NCBI GenBank assembly: GCA_000997385.1
Contig: LCBT01000001.1
Coordinates: 49,707-113,706 of the forward strand
Length of the DNA stretch: 64,000 nucleotides
From: Candidatus Daviesbacteria bacterium GW2011_GWA1_41_61
GTDB lineage: Bacteria; Patescibacteriota; Microgenomatia; Daviesbacterales; UBA10151
Reading direction: 5' to 3'
Shown: positions 35,928 to 45,617 of the stretch, in pieces
How the letters are laid out: each line of letters begins with the position of its first letter
How positions within the stretch are numbered: the stretch's first letter is position 1
Made by a program: the position numbers and the translations under genes
The notes under the pieces: generated by a model
The model's database searches: none
What the model was told of the DNA's origin: nothing
What the model saw: the letters and a program-made list of their open reading frames with translations, nothing else

Positions 35928-37646
35928 TTATTCCGTAGGAACTGTGTTGTAATAGGGTAAAAGCTCTTTAGCTATTTCAAAGAAGGTGGGAGCAGCTGTT
36001 TCTGAACCATAGATGGAAGATGAGGGCTCCCTGAAAATCACCAGCATTACAAATTTAGGATTATCTGCTGGAGCAAAACCTATAAAAGAAGCGATAGTTT
36101 TTTCGGCATCGTAGTGTCCGGCTACCGGAATCTGGGCTGTTCCAGTTTTACCAGCAATTTGATATCCTTTAGGAACCATTCTTTTAGTCTCCCCGTTTTC
36201 TACTGCCTCCACCATCATCTCTTTAATTATCGTAGCAGTTTCTTCTGAAATTAGCTGTCTTAGAACCCGGGGTTTAATCAAAGTTACTTTATTATCTCCC
36301 TCGATGGATTTGGTGATGTGTGGTTCCATTAGCTTCCCGCCGTTAGCAATAGCTGCCACAGCCCGAACCATTTGGATGGGTGTCACCGCTATCCCCTGGC
36401 CAAAAGAGGCAGTCGCTAAATCTATCTCCCTCCATTCATCTTTTGGCCTAATATCAGGAGTTAATTCATCCAGCAGATCAATTTGGGTTAAAGATCCAAA
36501 ACCAAAATCCTGGATATATTGGTACATCTTATCTAAACCCAGTTTTCTACTGACAAAGACCATCCCAGTGTTATCCGAATGGATAATTACCTCAGCCATC
36601 GTGGAATCATCATAATATTTATTATTCCAAGTTCTGATAGTATAACCCCCAGTAGTAATCGGTCCAGAGCAAATATCACAACTGGTCTGGGGATCAATTA
36701 AACCCTCATTAATCCCAGCGGCCATAATTAAAACTTTAAAGGTTGATCCTGGCTCATAGCTTTCAGCCAGTACCGGATTTTTGTAAGTTTGGGTGGAAAA
36801 CTCAAAAAAACTGTTGGGATCAAAGTTAGGGTAAGAAGCCAAAGCTAAAATCTCACCGGTTTGAGGATTCATAACTACCGCTGAGGCTGATTTAGCCCCA
36901 TATTTTTCCATCCCAGCTCGAAGATCCCTCTCCACAATCCGCTGTACCCCCCGGTCCACAGTTAAAGTGACTGTATGCCCGTTTTTGGGTTCTTTTTTAT
37001 AATATTTACCGGATAAAATGGGTGCCCCCTGAGCATCCCTCTCCTCTGTTAAAACCCCGCCAATGCCTTTCAACTCCCGGTCATAAGATCCTTCAATACC
37101 AAAATAACCCTTTTGCCTGCCTAAAGAATCTGAACCGACAAAACCTAAAATATGAGCTGAAGAAGAACCTTCAGGATAAAAACGAACCACCTGATTTTCA
37201 AAACCAATCCCCGTTAAACCCAGATCCTCAATCTGCTTTTTTAAGGAAAAATCTATATTCCTTTCTAAAGCCACCCAGGATAAATCTTTGGATAATTTGT
37301 CCGCTATTTCAGCCTTTTTTATCTTTAGAGTTTCTTTAAGATCAATCTCAGCAGAGGGTGAGGCGTTACTTAGTAAAATCTTAGCCAGCTTAGCAGATAC
37401 TTCCTCTTTGTCTTTAATAATTTTAGGCAGTCCATAAAGGACGAAAGCTGGCCTGTTGGCGGCCAGTATGCCTCCGTCAGCAGAGAGAATTAAACCCCGG
37501 GGAGCTTCAATGGCAGAGGTAGCAGTATGTTGCTGCTCAGCCCGGGCGGCCAAATCATCAGCCTGTACTACCTGCCAGTAGAAAAGCCTAAAAGCTACCA
37601 TCGCCAAAGCCACAATATAAAAGGTTTTTAAAAGCCTCAGCCTCAT
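35928..37646 (-). CDS. ftsI: Class B penicillin-binding protein / transpeptidase FtsI
   Basis: N-terminal TM helix, SxxK (GSTFK), SDN (HSDNTG) and KTG (AGKTGTAQ) motifs. Confidence 0.85.
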   Translation of the reverse strand: MRLRLLKTFYIVALAMVAFRLFYWQVVQADDLAARAEQQHTATSAIEAPRGLILSADGGILAANRPAFVLYGLPKIIKDKEEVSAKLAKILLSNASPSAEIDLKETLKIKKAEIADKLSKDLSWVALERNIDFSLKKQIEDLGLTGIGFENQVVRFYPEGSSSAHILGFVGSDSLGRQKGYFGIEGSYDRELKGIGGVLTEERDAQGAPILSGKYYKKEPKNGHTVTLTVDRGVQRIVERDLRAGMEKYGAKSASAVVMNPQTGEILALASYPNFDPNSFFEFSTQTYKNPVLAESYEPGSTFKVLIMAAGINEGLIDPQTSCDICSGPITTGGYTIRTWNNKYYDDSTMAEVIIHSDNTGMVFVSRKLGLDKMYQYIQDFGFGSLTQIDLLDELTPDIRPKDEWREIDLATASFGQGIAVTPIQMVRAVAAIANGGKLMEPHITKSIEGDNKVTLIKPRVLRQLISEETATIIKEMMVEAVENGETKRMVPKGYQIAGKTGTAQIPVAGHYDAEKTIASFIGFAPADNPKFVMLVIFREPSSSIYGSETAAPTFFEIAKELLPYYNTVPTE

Positions 37647-37731
37647 GATTTTTTTCTTGCATCAAACCCTAATATTTAGGGGAGATTCCTTAACCTATAC
37701 TAAACTGAGAGCCCAATTTGTGCAAGAAAAT

Positions 37732-38052
37732 TTAATATGCTGAAGCTAAATTAAGAGGTTTAAGATATTGCCAGCTTTTGACAGCCGTAAAACCTAAAGA
37801 GACGGCCTTGGTTTCAATTGAGGCCAGAGAAGACTGCTGGGCGATCTGATTCTCCAAGACCTGATTTTCCAGATCTAAAGCCATTTTAGCACTTTTGATG
37901 TCTTGGATTTTATCCCCATAAGTTGAAAGTCTGTTGACAGCCCAAATTTCGAGAAACAAAACAGCTAAAAGTATCACTGCTCCTAAACGGATAAATTTAA
38001 CAACTCTTTTTCTGGGTCTTCTTTCCTCTTCTTGTTTTAAGTGTTTCATCAA
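37732..38052 (-). CDS. ftsL: FtsL-like cell division protein
   Basis: Small bitopic protein with a basic N-terminus, a TM helix LGAVILLAVLFLEIWAV and a coiled-coil ectodomain. Sits in the canonical slot upstream of ftsI. Confidence 0.5.
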   Translation of the reverse strand: MMKHLKQEEERRPRKRVVKFIRLGAVILLAVLFLEIWAVNRLSTYGDKIQDIKSAKMALDLENQVLENQIAQQSSLASIETKAVSLGFTAVKSWQYLKPLNLASAY

Positions 38053-38060
38053 TTAATTTC

Positions 38061-38456
38061 TCAAATCATTAACTCGCTGATAAGCTTTTGCCACTTTAGG
38101 GGATCCCAAATCTCAAAATGGTCCCCGGCTCCGACAATCACTACTTCACCTTTAAGCTGAGCATAATCCAAAAGCAACTTAGAGATTATAAACCTTCCCT
38201 GATCATCTAAAACCACACTTTCAGCAGCTGAGAATAAGTACCTTCTTAAATTCCTTGCCTTCTCCTCAGTGGCTGTTATCTCAAGCTGCTTTTCAGCTTC
38301 ATTTTTCCATTTCTCAATAGAGAATCCCCAGATGCACCCCTCAAACCCTCGGCTCAAAATAAGCTCTTTCCCACCTGACAGCTCAAATCTGAACTTTTTG
38401 GGCAAGATAATCCGGCCTTGTCCTGTAAACTTGGTATGATACTCGCCCAAAAACAC
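38061..38456 (-). CDS. mraZ: Transcriptional regulator MraZ
   Basis: VFLGEYHTKFTGQGRIILPKKFRFEL matches the MraZ N-terminus. A GTG start at 38454-38456 is preferred: it has an AAGGA SD 8 nt upstream and matches the MFxGEY consensus. The ORF track extends it to 38489. Confidence 0.75.
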   Translation of the reverse strand: MFLGEYHTKFTGQGRIILPKKFRFELSGGKELILSRGFEGCIWGFSIEKWKNEAEKQLEITATEEKARNLRRYLFSAAESVVLDDQGRFIISKLLLDYAQLKGEVVIVGAGDHFEIWDPLKWQKLISELMI

Positions 38457-38554
38457 CGCTGGTGTCCTTTCTGGGCAGCCCTGTACCACTTACTAAGTTC
38501 GGGTACAGGTTAAAATATCTTGTTAAAAACATAGAGGGTGTATCGACTGGTACA

Positions 38555-38626
38555 TCCCCATATTTCACCATCTCTAACCATAATGAACCATTAACCTACA
38601 CCCTGTCAAGTCCCCTTTTCACCATC
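38555..38626. promoter_or_regulatory. mraZ upstream region: two direct repeats GATGGTGAAA(W2-3)GGGGA (minus-strand sense, at 38555-38572 and 38611-38626) flanking a TTGACA hexamer (38604-38609)
   Basis: Repeats and hexamer read from the sequence. MraZ proteins are known to bind direct repeats in their own promoter. Confidence 0.35.
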
Positions 38627-38676
38627 ATAAAGATAAGATTTATGGGATAAAAATGGATAAAGAAAAAAGGGGTTAA

Positions 38677-39537
38677 CTACTTTAAAGGAGCCAGCACACT
38701 AAAAATACCGCCGCTTTCTGACTGGGCAAACAGACTGCTGCCTTCAATCTTGGTTTCATACTCCACCCATTGGTTGCCGGTTTCATCAAAACGGGCAATT
38801 TTAAGCTCTGAGGAGGGTGTTTGGACCAGCTCGATAGTTACCATACCCTCAGGCAGTGATTTGGATTGAGGTGTATTTAAAGCATAAACTTTCCCTAAAA
38901 CAGCCTTTCCTGAAGGCAATTTAGGAGCCCCGGTTAAATCATTAATAATGGTGAACTTTACCAAAGACAGTTGGACTGATTCAGTAGCTAGGTCATAAGC
39001 AAAATGGGCATCACCAGAAAAAAGTTTCCCTAACTGAAGATCAGGTTTCTGCAAATGCCACTGGGTAGTCATCCTAAAAGCCTTGTTGCCTTTTTTAATC
39101 CTCAAGATTAAGGTTCCGTTTTCCACTCCCTTATCATAAACACAGGTTCCCCCCGTAGAACAGGTGCCGAACAAGATCTCCTGTTCATATTCACTCCTGT
39201 TTTTAGGCAGTTTTATCCAGGTATCCAAAGATCCAGCCCCTCTGTCCACCCCTGTTTCATCAGCATAAGCTATCTGATAAGAGAACTCCTCAAAAGAAGC
39301 CACCCTTTTAATAACTAAATTTAAGGCATTTCCATCCCTTCTGGGAAAAAGCAAAGCATAAGGCCCCTCGGGATCAAAAGTTAAATCAACTTCTTCTAAA
39401 GGCAAACTAGTACTACCTCTCACAAAAAATTTCTGGTAAGAAAACAAACCTGCAACAACCACTAAAATTATAAAAATGATCAAAAGAAGAAGGGGTTTAT
39501 TTTGTATGACACTTTTAAGAAATTGTCCCATTAACAA
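38677..39537 (-). CDS. Hypothetical membrane-anchored extracytoplasmic protein (286 aa)
   Basis: N-terminal TM helix LLLLIIFIILVVVAGLF plus a Cys-containing beta-rich domain. No family assigned. Confidence 0.5.
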   Translation of the reverse strand: MLMGQFLKSVIQNKPLLLLIIFIILVVVAGLFSYQKFFVRGSTSLPLEEVDLTFDPEGPYALLFPRRDGNALNLVIKRVASFEEFSYQIAYADETGVDRGAGSLDTWIKLPKNRSEYEQEILFGTCSTGGTCVYDKGVENGTLILRIKKGNKAFRMTTQWHLQKPDLQLGKLFSGDAHFAYDLATESVQLSLVKFTIINDLTGAPKLPSGKAVLGKVYALNTPQSKSLPEGMVTIELVQTPSSELKIARFDETGNQWVEYETKIEGSSLFAQSESGGIFSVLAPLK

Positions 39538-39799
39538 CCAGCATCCTCCTGACCTCTTCAGTCTCAGACGGAAAATCTATAAAAGAAGAACAGGGAATAT
39601 AAGGCATAGATCCATAACCCTTCAACCAATCATTAATCCTACCAATGCGAACTGCACCCATGGCTCCTGGAAAATCTTCTTCACTTTGGACCAGACGTCT
39701 GAAAGTAGCATCATCAGTAACTTCGATAGAACCTCCGGGGAGGTCTTTTCTAAAAATACCTGTAATATCAGTCGGTCTGATGGTTATTGATTCGGTCAT
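39515..39799 (-). CDS. Small hypothetical ORF (94 aa), uncertain
   Basis: Open frame overlapping both neighbours (23 and 32 nt). No SD and no recognisable motif. Confidence 0.25.
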   Translation of the reverse strand: MTESITIRPTDITGIFRKDLPGGSIEVTDDATFRRLVQSEEDFPGAMGAVRIGRINDWLKGYGSMPYIPCSSFIDFPSETEEVRRMLVVNGTIS

Positions 39800-41102
39800 T
39801 AATAAAATTTCTTAGCTGATTAATTTCTGCTCTTTCCTGTTTAGCTGTATCCCTATCCCTAACGGTAACTGTTTCATCTTCCAAGGTCTGGAAATCAACA
39901 GTAATACAAAAAGGTGTGCCGATCTCATCTTGGGAGGCATACCTTTTACCAATATTACCCCGCTCATCCCACGCTACCATGAAATCCTTTTTCAGGTCAA
40001 GATGGATCTTTTTAGCTTTCTCCACTAGCTCTGGCTTATTAGCCAAAAGTGGAAAAACAGCAGCCTTATAGGGGGCAAGCTGAGGATGAAGTTTCAAAAT
40101 CACCCGACCTTTATTTTCAGAGTAAGCATCAATTAAGAAAAACAAAGCTGATCTATCTACTCCCATTGACGACTCAATATCCCAAGGAATATATTCTTCC
40201 CCAGTTTCCGGGTCTTTATATTTCATCTCTTTAGAGCTATATTGCTGATGTCGGCTCAAATCCCAGTCCCCTCTATGGTGCACCCCCATAAACTCTGCCC
40301 ATCCCCAAGGAGCTTGATATTCAATGTCTGTAGCAGCCCGGGCGTAATGAGCCCTTTCATCCGGAGCATGATCCTTAAACTTTAGTTTATCTTTACTGAT
40401 TCCTAGTTTTATATACCAATCCATCCAATATTTCTTCCAGTATTCAAAGGTTTTCAAGCTATCTTTTTCATCAGGTTTAACAAAATACTGCACTTCCATC
40501 TGTTCAAACTCTCTTGATCTAAAGGTAAAGTTTCCCGGGGTAATCTCATTGCGGAAAGCCTTACCGATCTGGGCAATACCAAAGGGAATCCTTATTCTGG
40601 TAGAGTCCACCACATTTTTAAAATTTACATGAACGCCTTGAGTAATCTCTCCCCGTAAAAATATTTCCTGTTGTTTTCCCTCAATCACCCCTAGGTAAGC
40701 CTTAACTAAGAGGTTAAACTTCTGAGGCTCTGTCCAATCACTTTTGCCGGGGTGGTGCTTTTTCTCATGGGCTTTAATTTCATCCTCGTGATCTGCCCGT
40801 AACCTTTCATGGTCAATACGGCATTCTACTAACGGATCAGTGAAGGCCTCCACATGACCAGAAGCCTCCCAAACCCTAGGATTCATCATAATAGCAGCAT
40901 CTATTCCGACAATATCTTCCCTAATCTGCACCATGCTTTTCCACCACATATTTTTAAGGTTACGCTTGAGCTCCACTCCCACCGGACCATAATCCCATAT
41001 TCCAGCCAAACCACCATAGATCTCCGAACCAGGGTAAATAAACCCGCGGCGTTTAGCCAAAGCCACTATTTTATCCATTAAGTTATTATTTTGATCTACC
41101 AT
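39768..41102 (-). CDS. glyQS: Glycine--tRNA ligase, alpha2 (eukaryote/archaeal-like) form
   Basis: N-terminus RRGFIYPGSEIYGGLAGIWDYGPVG is diagnostic of class II GlyRS alpha2. 444 aa. Confidence 0.9.
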   Translation of the reverse strand: MVDQNNNLMDKIVALAKRRGFIYPGSEIYGGLAGIWDYGPVGVELKRNLKNMWWKSMVQIREDIVGIDAAIMMNPRVWEASGHVEAFTDPLVECRIDHERLRADHEDEIKAHEKKHHPGKSDWTEPQKFNLLVKAYLGVIEGKQQEIFLRGEITQGVHVNFKNVVDSTRIRIPFGIAQIGKAFRNEITPGNFTFRSREFEQMEVQYFVKPDEKDSLKTFEYWKKYWMDWYIKLGISKDKLKFKDHAPDERAHYARAATDIEYQAPWGWAEFMGVHHRGDWDLSRHQQYSSKEMKYKDPETGEEYIPWDIESSMGVDRSALFFLIDAYSENKGRVILKLHPQLAPYKAAVFPLLANKPELVEKAKKIHLDLKKDFMVAWDERGNIGKRYASQDEIGTPFCITVDFQTLEDETVTVRDRDTAKQERAEINQLRNFINDRINNHQTD

Positions 41103-41149
41103 ATTATTTCAGATTATATTTGATCTATCTTGATTTTGCACCCTACTTT

Positions 41150-41812
41150 TTAGCTTTTTGTTCTAAGCTTCTGAATTATCTTAACACTTCTTAAAGGAGA
41201 TTCTAAGACTTTTTCTAAATAAGATCTTAAAATTCTTTCCAGCTCCTCTGATTGAACTTGGGTTACCTCTATTTGGGCAATCTCCTCCCAACTCCCTTTC
41301 TGGAGTTTTTCCAGTATTTCCCTAACCCCCCTTACTTCCCCTACCTGATCTAAAGACCAAAAACCTAAAACTGTCAAAAGTTTGACCTCAAAAGCTCTGA
41401 TAAAAATCTGCCGGGGATTATTTTCCAAGAGATTTAAAACAATTACCAGTAAATTATAAGCTTGGGGATTAGGTTGCTCCTCGGGCAATAATCTATCAGC
41501 TAGTTCAGCTATATGAGAACTATAAGTAGAGATCATTAAATCATTTTTAATCTTAGAAAAAGTCTTAAGGGACTCTGCTTCTGTTAACAGATCCATTCCT
41601 TTCCCCTGAAAAACCTGAATTTTTACTTTATTTAAAAGCTCTACATTACCGCCACGTCTGGAGGTAATTCTTCTGACCCCTTTGGCCACCACCTTAATCT
41701 TTCCTTTAAAAGGGGTAACAATGGTTAAAATCCTATCCGCCTCCCCAAAGTTAGACCTTTTAACAATAATCCCTTCTGTAGTAAACACTGGCATAGTAAA
41801 GGAATTATACAC
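41150..41812 (-). CDS. recO: DNA repair protein RecO
   Basis: N-terminal OB-fold EGIIVKRSNFGEADRILTIVTPFKGKIKVVAKGVRRITSRRGG matches the RecO family. Confidence 0.7.
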   Translation of the reverse strand: MYNSFTMPVFTTEGIIVKRSNFGEADRILTIVTPFKGKIKVVAKGVRRITSRRGGNVELLNKVKIQVFQGKGMDLLTEAESLKTFSKIKNDLMISTYSSHIAELADRLLPEEQPNPQAYNLLVIVLNLLENNPRQIFIRAFEVKLLTVLGFWSLDQVGEVRGVREILEKLQKGSWEEIAQIEVTQVQSEELERILRSYLEKVLESPLRSVKIIQKLRTKS

Positions 41813-41842
41813 TTACTTAAGTCACTTAAGGTACTTAAAAAG

Positions 41843-43750
41843 TTAAAAAGTTAAATCGAGTTGCTTGTCTGAGGTCAAATCAAATTCTGCTTTTTTATTA
41901 CCATTAATTTTAACAATATACTTGTGGTTTTTGGCTCCCGGTTGTTTTTGGATAAGCAGGGGATAATTTTTCTCCGTCACTTTTACTGGAGACGTATACT
42001 CTAAAGATAAAGTCAGGGAGTTTTGGGGACGGACCACCACAAAGGCCTCAAAATAAATTTTATTCAGATCATTGTCTAAAGCTGTAGTAACCTTCTCAGC
42101 AGAACCTTTTGAATCAGTTAAAACGCTTCCTTTGGGAACAAAAATTCTGACATAATCCCTTAAAATCCCATTTAACCAAGTATTGTAAGGTTGAGGATTT
42201 TTATACTCAATAGTTATTTTATGTTTTGCTGAACCATCTTTAGTTGTAGTAATTTCTAAAGTCACTTTCTCATCAACATAAAGATTTGATTTACCTCCAG
42301 CGAAGTTGGAATCATTAAGGTGTAAGTAATCCCCCTCAGGATCTCTCTTAATCTCTCCTGTCCAATTAAGCTTGCTAAAAGACTGCTGGATCTTCCCATT
42401 ATGCATATAAGCCATCAGATGTTTATCATTGGCTAACTTAATAGTAGTATTGAGTAAAGTAGGCAACTGGTCTGGTCCTAAAGTTAAAAGTTTGGCCATC
42501 AGTTGCTGCATTAAAGCTCCCAAAATAGCTTTTCTATCAGATTCTCCCTTGGCAGTTATCTCAGCGTAATGTTCCAACTCGTAAATTACATTGGGGCAAT
42601 TACACCGCTTGTCCTTCTCAGCACTATACGTAGTCCCTAAAACATCAATCGGGCCGGTCACCGCAATCAGCTCTTCTACTACCTGAGTATCAATAGTAAA
42701 GATACCATCAAAGGAAATTCCATCTCCCAGCATCTCATACATCCTTTCAAATTGCTGGAGTGAGGTAGGCAGATCAGGTGATAAATTAGAATCTCTCATT
42801 GACCAAGCGCTTCGGGGCTTGCCATCTGCTTCAGGTAAATATTTAACGATTGGGGCAGGAGGAGAGAGAGGGCAAATTTTATTTAAACAAACCTTCAAAA
42901 GCCTCTCATCAAGGCGGTAAATATCATCAGAGGCAGTGGTAGATAACTTTCCATTGTCTAACCTTAAGAAAGCATAGGCAGTAATAAAACCCCCGGTAGC
43001 CCGAAGCTCCTTATCATTTTGAAATAAAAGCAGGTAGTTTTTAGCCCCTTTTTGTCCTAAAAGTTCTGGTAAAACTTCAATCAAACCCTTATTTTCAGAA
43101 ACCGCAATATCAGCTCCAACGATAAAATTTTTAGCCTCCTCTATTCTGCCTCTTAACTTCTTTGAACCAAAATTTTCCGGGTATTTACCGGTATCGACAC
43201 TTTCTATCTCTCTGCGGGCTTTTTTCAAAAATGGCTCAACTTTATCTAAACTTGGTAAAGTTTTATCCAGGATCTTGACTGCTTGAGCTACCCTGTCCTG
43301 CCCAGGTGTTCCTTGTCCGGTTAACCCGATCTCATTTTTATAAGGCTCTAAAGAATCAGTGAGGATCTTGACCGCTTCCAGTTCGTACTCGAAAGCCGTA
43401 ACAAAGTGTTTGGCGTCACTGTAAAAACCCCCAACAAAAGGCAAGGCCCTCATCCAAAAAAAGAAATTTAAAGCTCCATTTAAACTGCTTACTGATTTTT
43501 GGGTATCAACCACTCCCTGCCTTACTAAATCAAGATTTTCCTGCTTTGCTCCCAGTATTATCTGGCGGCTGCTTTGCATTACCTGCTTGGTGGACTGGTA
43601 GATACTTCGGGCAGGCAAATAAATCAAGACAAAAAGAATGATAAAAATAATGACAAGTCTGATAAGCCACCCTTTCCCCTTTCTCTCTGGGGAAGAGGAA
43701 TTTTTCTTTCCCACACCATCAATTTTTTTATTTAAATTAATAAAAGGCAT
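41843..43750 (-). CDS. Large bitopic extracytoplasmic protein, possibly DUF4012-like (635 aa)
   Basis: N-terminal TM helix and a large soluble domain containing NYLLLFQNDKELRATGGFITAYAF. Adjacent to a polyprenyl-phosphate sugar transferase, as DUF4012 genes typically are. The family assignment is from memory and not verified. Confidence 0.4.
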   Translation of the reverse strand: MPFINLNKKIDGVGKKNSSSPERKGKGWLIRLVIIFIILFVLIYLPARSIYQSTKQVMQSSRQIILGAKQENLDLVRQGVVDTQKSVSSLNGALNFFFWMRALPFVGGFYSDAKHFVTAFEYELEAVKILTDSLEPYKNEIGLTGQGTPGQDRVAQAVKILDKTLPSLDKVEPFLKKARREIESVDTGKYPENFGSKKLRGRIEEAKNFIVGADIAVSENKGLIEVLPELLGQKGAKNYLLLFQNDKELRATGGFITAYAFLRLDNGKLSTTASDDIYRLDERLLKVCLNKICPLSPPAPIVKYLPEADGKPRSAWSMRDSNLSPDLPTSLQQFERMYEMLGDGISFDGIFTIDTQVVEELIAVTGPIDVLGTTYSAEKDKRCNCPNVIYELEHYAEITAKGESDRKAILGALMQQLMAKLLTLGPDQLPTLLNTTIKLANDKHLMAYMHNGKIQQSFSKLNWTGEIKRDPEGDYLHLNDSNFAGGKSNLYVDEKVTLEITTTKDGSAKHKITIEYKNPQPYNTWLNGILRDYVRIFVPKGSVLTDSKGSAEKVTTALDNDLNKIYFEAFVVVRPQNSLTLSLEYTSPVKVTEKNYPLLIQKQPGAKNHKYIVKINGNKKAEFDLTSDKQLDLTF

Positions 43751-43754
43751 AAAT

Positions 43755-44525
43755 TTAGACAGCTCCTTTTCCCAGTAATACTGCCGGGATAGTATTTAAA
43801 ATAAGCCATAGATCATACAAAATTGACCTTCGCTGGACATATTTGGCATCCAATTCCACTCTTTTATCAAAGTTGATCTCTGATCTGCCTGAAACCTGCC
43901 ATAACCCGGTCAGTCCTGGTTTCGCTGACAAAATGATTTTCACAAACCTCTTTGTAGAAGGATACTTTTCCTGTTGTTCCTCAAGTTCAAAAGGGTTGTA
44001 AGCCCGAGGGCCAACTAAACTCATCTCCCCTTTTAAAACATTAAAAAATTGCGGCAGTTCATCAATAGAGGTCTTTCTGATAAACTTACCTGCCCTAGTA
44101 ATCCGCGGATCTTCATCTCTGTCTAATTTATAGCTGTTGTGTTGATATTTTTCCAAAAGCTCTTTAAACTGGGGATCCTTATGCAACAACTCATGGGCTC
44201 CCACAATCATCGACCTGAACTTATACATTTTAAACAACTTACCATCTTTCCCCACTCTCTTAGGGATGTCAGCCAGTATCGGACCTTTAGAATCCAGTTT
44301 AATCAGGAAAGCCATGATCAACATTAAAGGAGAAAGAATAATAATACCAACCAGCGATCCGACTATATCAATCAACCTTTTAAATGTTTCATAACTGAAA
44401 AGACCAACTGAAGGGGTTACTCCTGCCAAAACCTTACTATCTAAGACCAAGGTTTGATCTTGGCTACGCGGGGGAAAAGCTGGATCATTTTCGGAGGAAA
44501 GAACTTGTTCGTTTACTACAGTCAT
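43755..44525 (-). CDS. Polyprenyl-phosphate sugar-1-phosphate transferase (monotopic PGT, WbaP/PglC-like)
   Basis: Bacterial sugar transferase motifs KMYKFRSM, DELPQFFNVLKGEMSLVGPRA and GLWQVSGRS. Confidence 0.8.
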   Translation of the reverse strand: MTVVNEQVLSSENDPAFPPRSQDQTLVLDSKVLAGVTPSVGLFSYETFKRLIDIVGSLVGIIILSPLMLIMAFLIKLDSKGPILADIPKRVGKDGKLFKMYKFRSMIVGAHELLHKDPQFKELLEKYQHNSYKLDRDEDPRITRAGKFIRKTSIDELPQFFNVLKGEMSLVGPRAYNPFELEEQQEKYPSTKRFVKIILSAKPGLTGLWQVSGRSEINFDKRVELDAKYVQRRSILYDLWLILNTIPAVLLGKGAV

Positions 44526-45583
44526 AAGTCGTTGATAACACTTTGAAATCTTTTAATGAAATTTGTCTTGGAAAAATAGGCAGCGTTATTAAAGCACATT
44601 TTCTGATTATAACCCCTTTTGTCCAGAGTCTCTAGCGCTTCAATTAAGCTTTCTACTGTCTGTTCACTAAAAAAATAGCCTGTTTCCCCCTCAATAACAG
44701 TTTCCAAGGATCCCCCTTGCCCATAAGCTATCACCGGTTTACCTAAAGCTTGAGCTTCTAAGGAAACCATCCCAAAATCTTCTTCCCCGGCTACCACTAA
44801 AGCTTTACATCCGGATAAAAGCAAAGTCAACAAATCTTCATCCACACTTCCTAAAAGCTCTACTGTTGGTCCTGCCATCAAAGCTAGATTATGATACTCC
44901 GGACCACTACCAACAATCTTCAAGGACACCTTTAACCTGTTGGCTGCCCCAACCACTAAGTCTACCCTTTTATATTTATTTAGTCTAGTAATCACCAACA
45001 AATATCCCCCATCAAATGTTTGGACACTAGCAAATCTTTCTAAATCCACAAAAGGATAAATTACTTTAGCTTCAGCTTGGTAAATCTTATAAATTCTCTG
45101 TTTAACATTTAGGGAATTGGCTAGCCAAAAATCAACCCTTTTGGATGCCAGGTGATCATAAAGTCTTAAAAAGCTGAGATAAGGAGAAAATATCCCCTCA
45201 ACCCTTTCTCCTGAGAAATTCCACAAAAATCTGGGAGGAGTAGGACAAAAACATACATGTTTTGTCCCGGGTTTGGTAATAATACACTTGGCAAAACGGG
45301 TGGAGTGGGAGATCACCAAATCAAACTTGGAAAAATCAAATTGTTCAAAAGCCAAGGGGTGAAGCGGTAATAAAGTCTTGTATAATTTTTTCCATCCCGG
45401 AATTTTTTGAATAAAAGAGGTGATAATTTTTTTAGAGTGAAAATTTTCTTTTAATAACTTATTATTATCATCATGGGCTAAAGTATAAATTGGAGCTTGG
45501 GGAAAGATCTCTGATAAAGTCACCAGTACCCTCTCAGCTCCCCCCCATTGCACCAGGTCATCATGAACAAGCGCTACCTTCAT
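44522..45583 (-). CDS. Glycosyltransferase family 4 (GT-B)
   Basis: N-terminal MKVALVHDDLVQWGGAERV and a C-terminal EEDFGMVSLEAQALGKPVIA GT4 signature. Confidence 0.7.
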   Translation of the reverse strand: MKVALVHDDLVQWGGAERVLVTLSEIFPQAPIYTLAHDDNNKLLKENFHSKKIITSFIQKIPGWKKLYKTLLPLHPLAFEQFDFSKFDLVISHSTRFAKCIITKPGTKHVCFCPTPPRFLWNFSGERVEGIFSPYLSFLRLYDHLASKRVDFWLANSLNVKQRIYKIYQAEAKVIYPFVDLERFASVQTFDGGYLLVITRLNKYKRVDLVVGAANRLKVSLKIVGSGPEYHNLALMAGPTVELLGSVDEDLLTLLLSGCKALVVAGEEDFGMVSLEAQALGKPVIAYGQGGSLETVIEGETGYFFSEQTVESLIEALETLDKRGYNQKMCFNNAAYFSKTNFIKRFQSVINDL

Positions 45584-45617
45584 TGTCCTAATTGTACCAA
45601 AAGTATAAAATACACCT

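Noticed and set aside
38383-38650. Two small ORFs (38383-38571 minus, 38462-38650 plus) in the mraZ leader
   Set aside because: They overlap the mraZ 5' end and its promoter/repeat region, and have no SD or recognisable product. The region is better explained as regulatory DNA.
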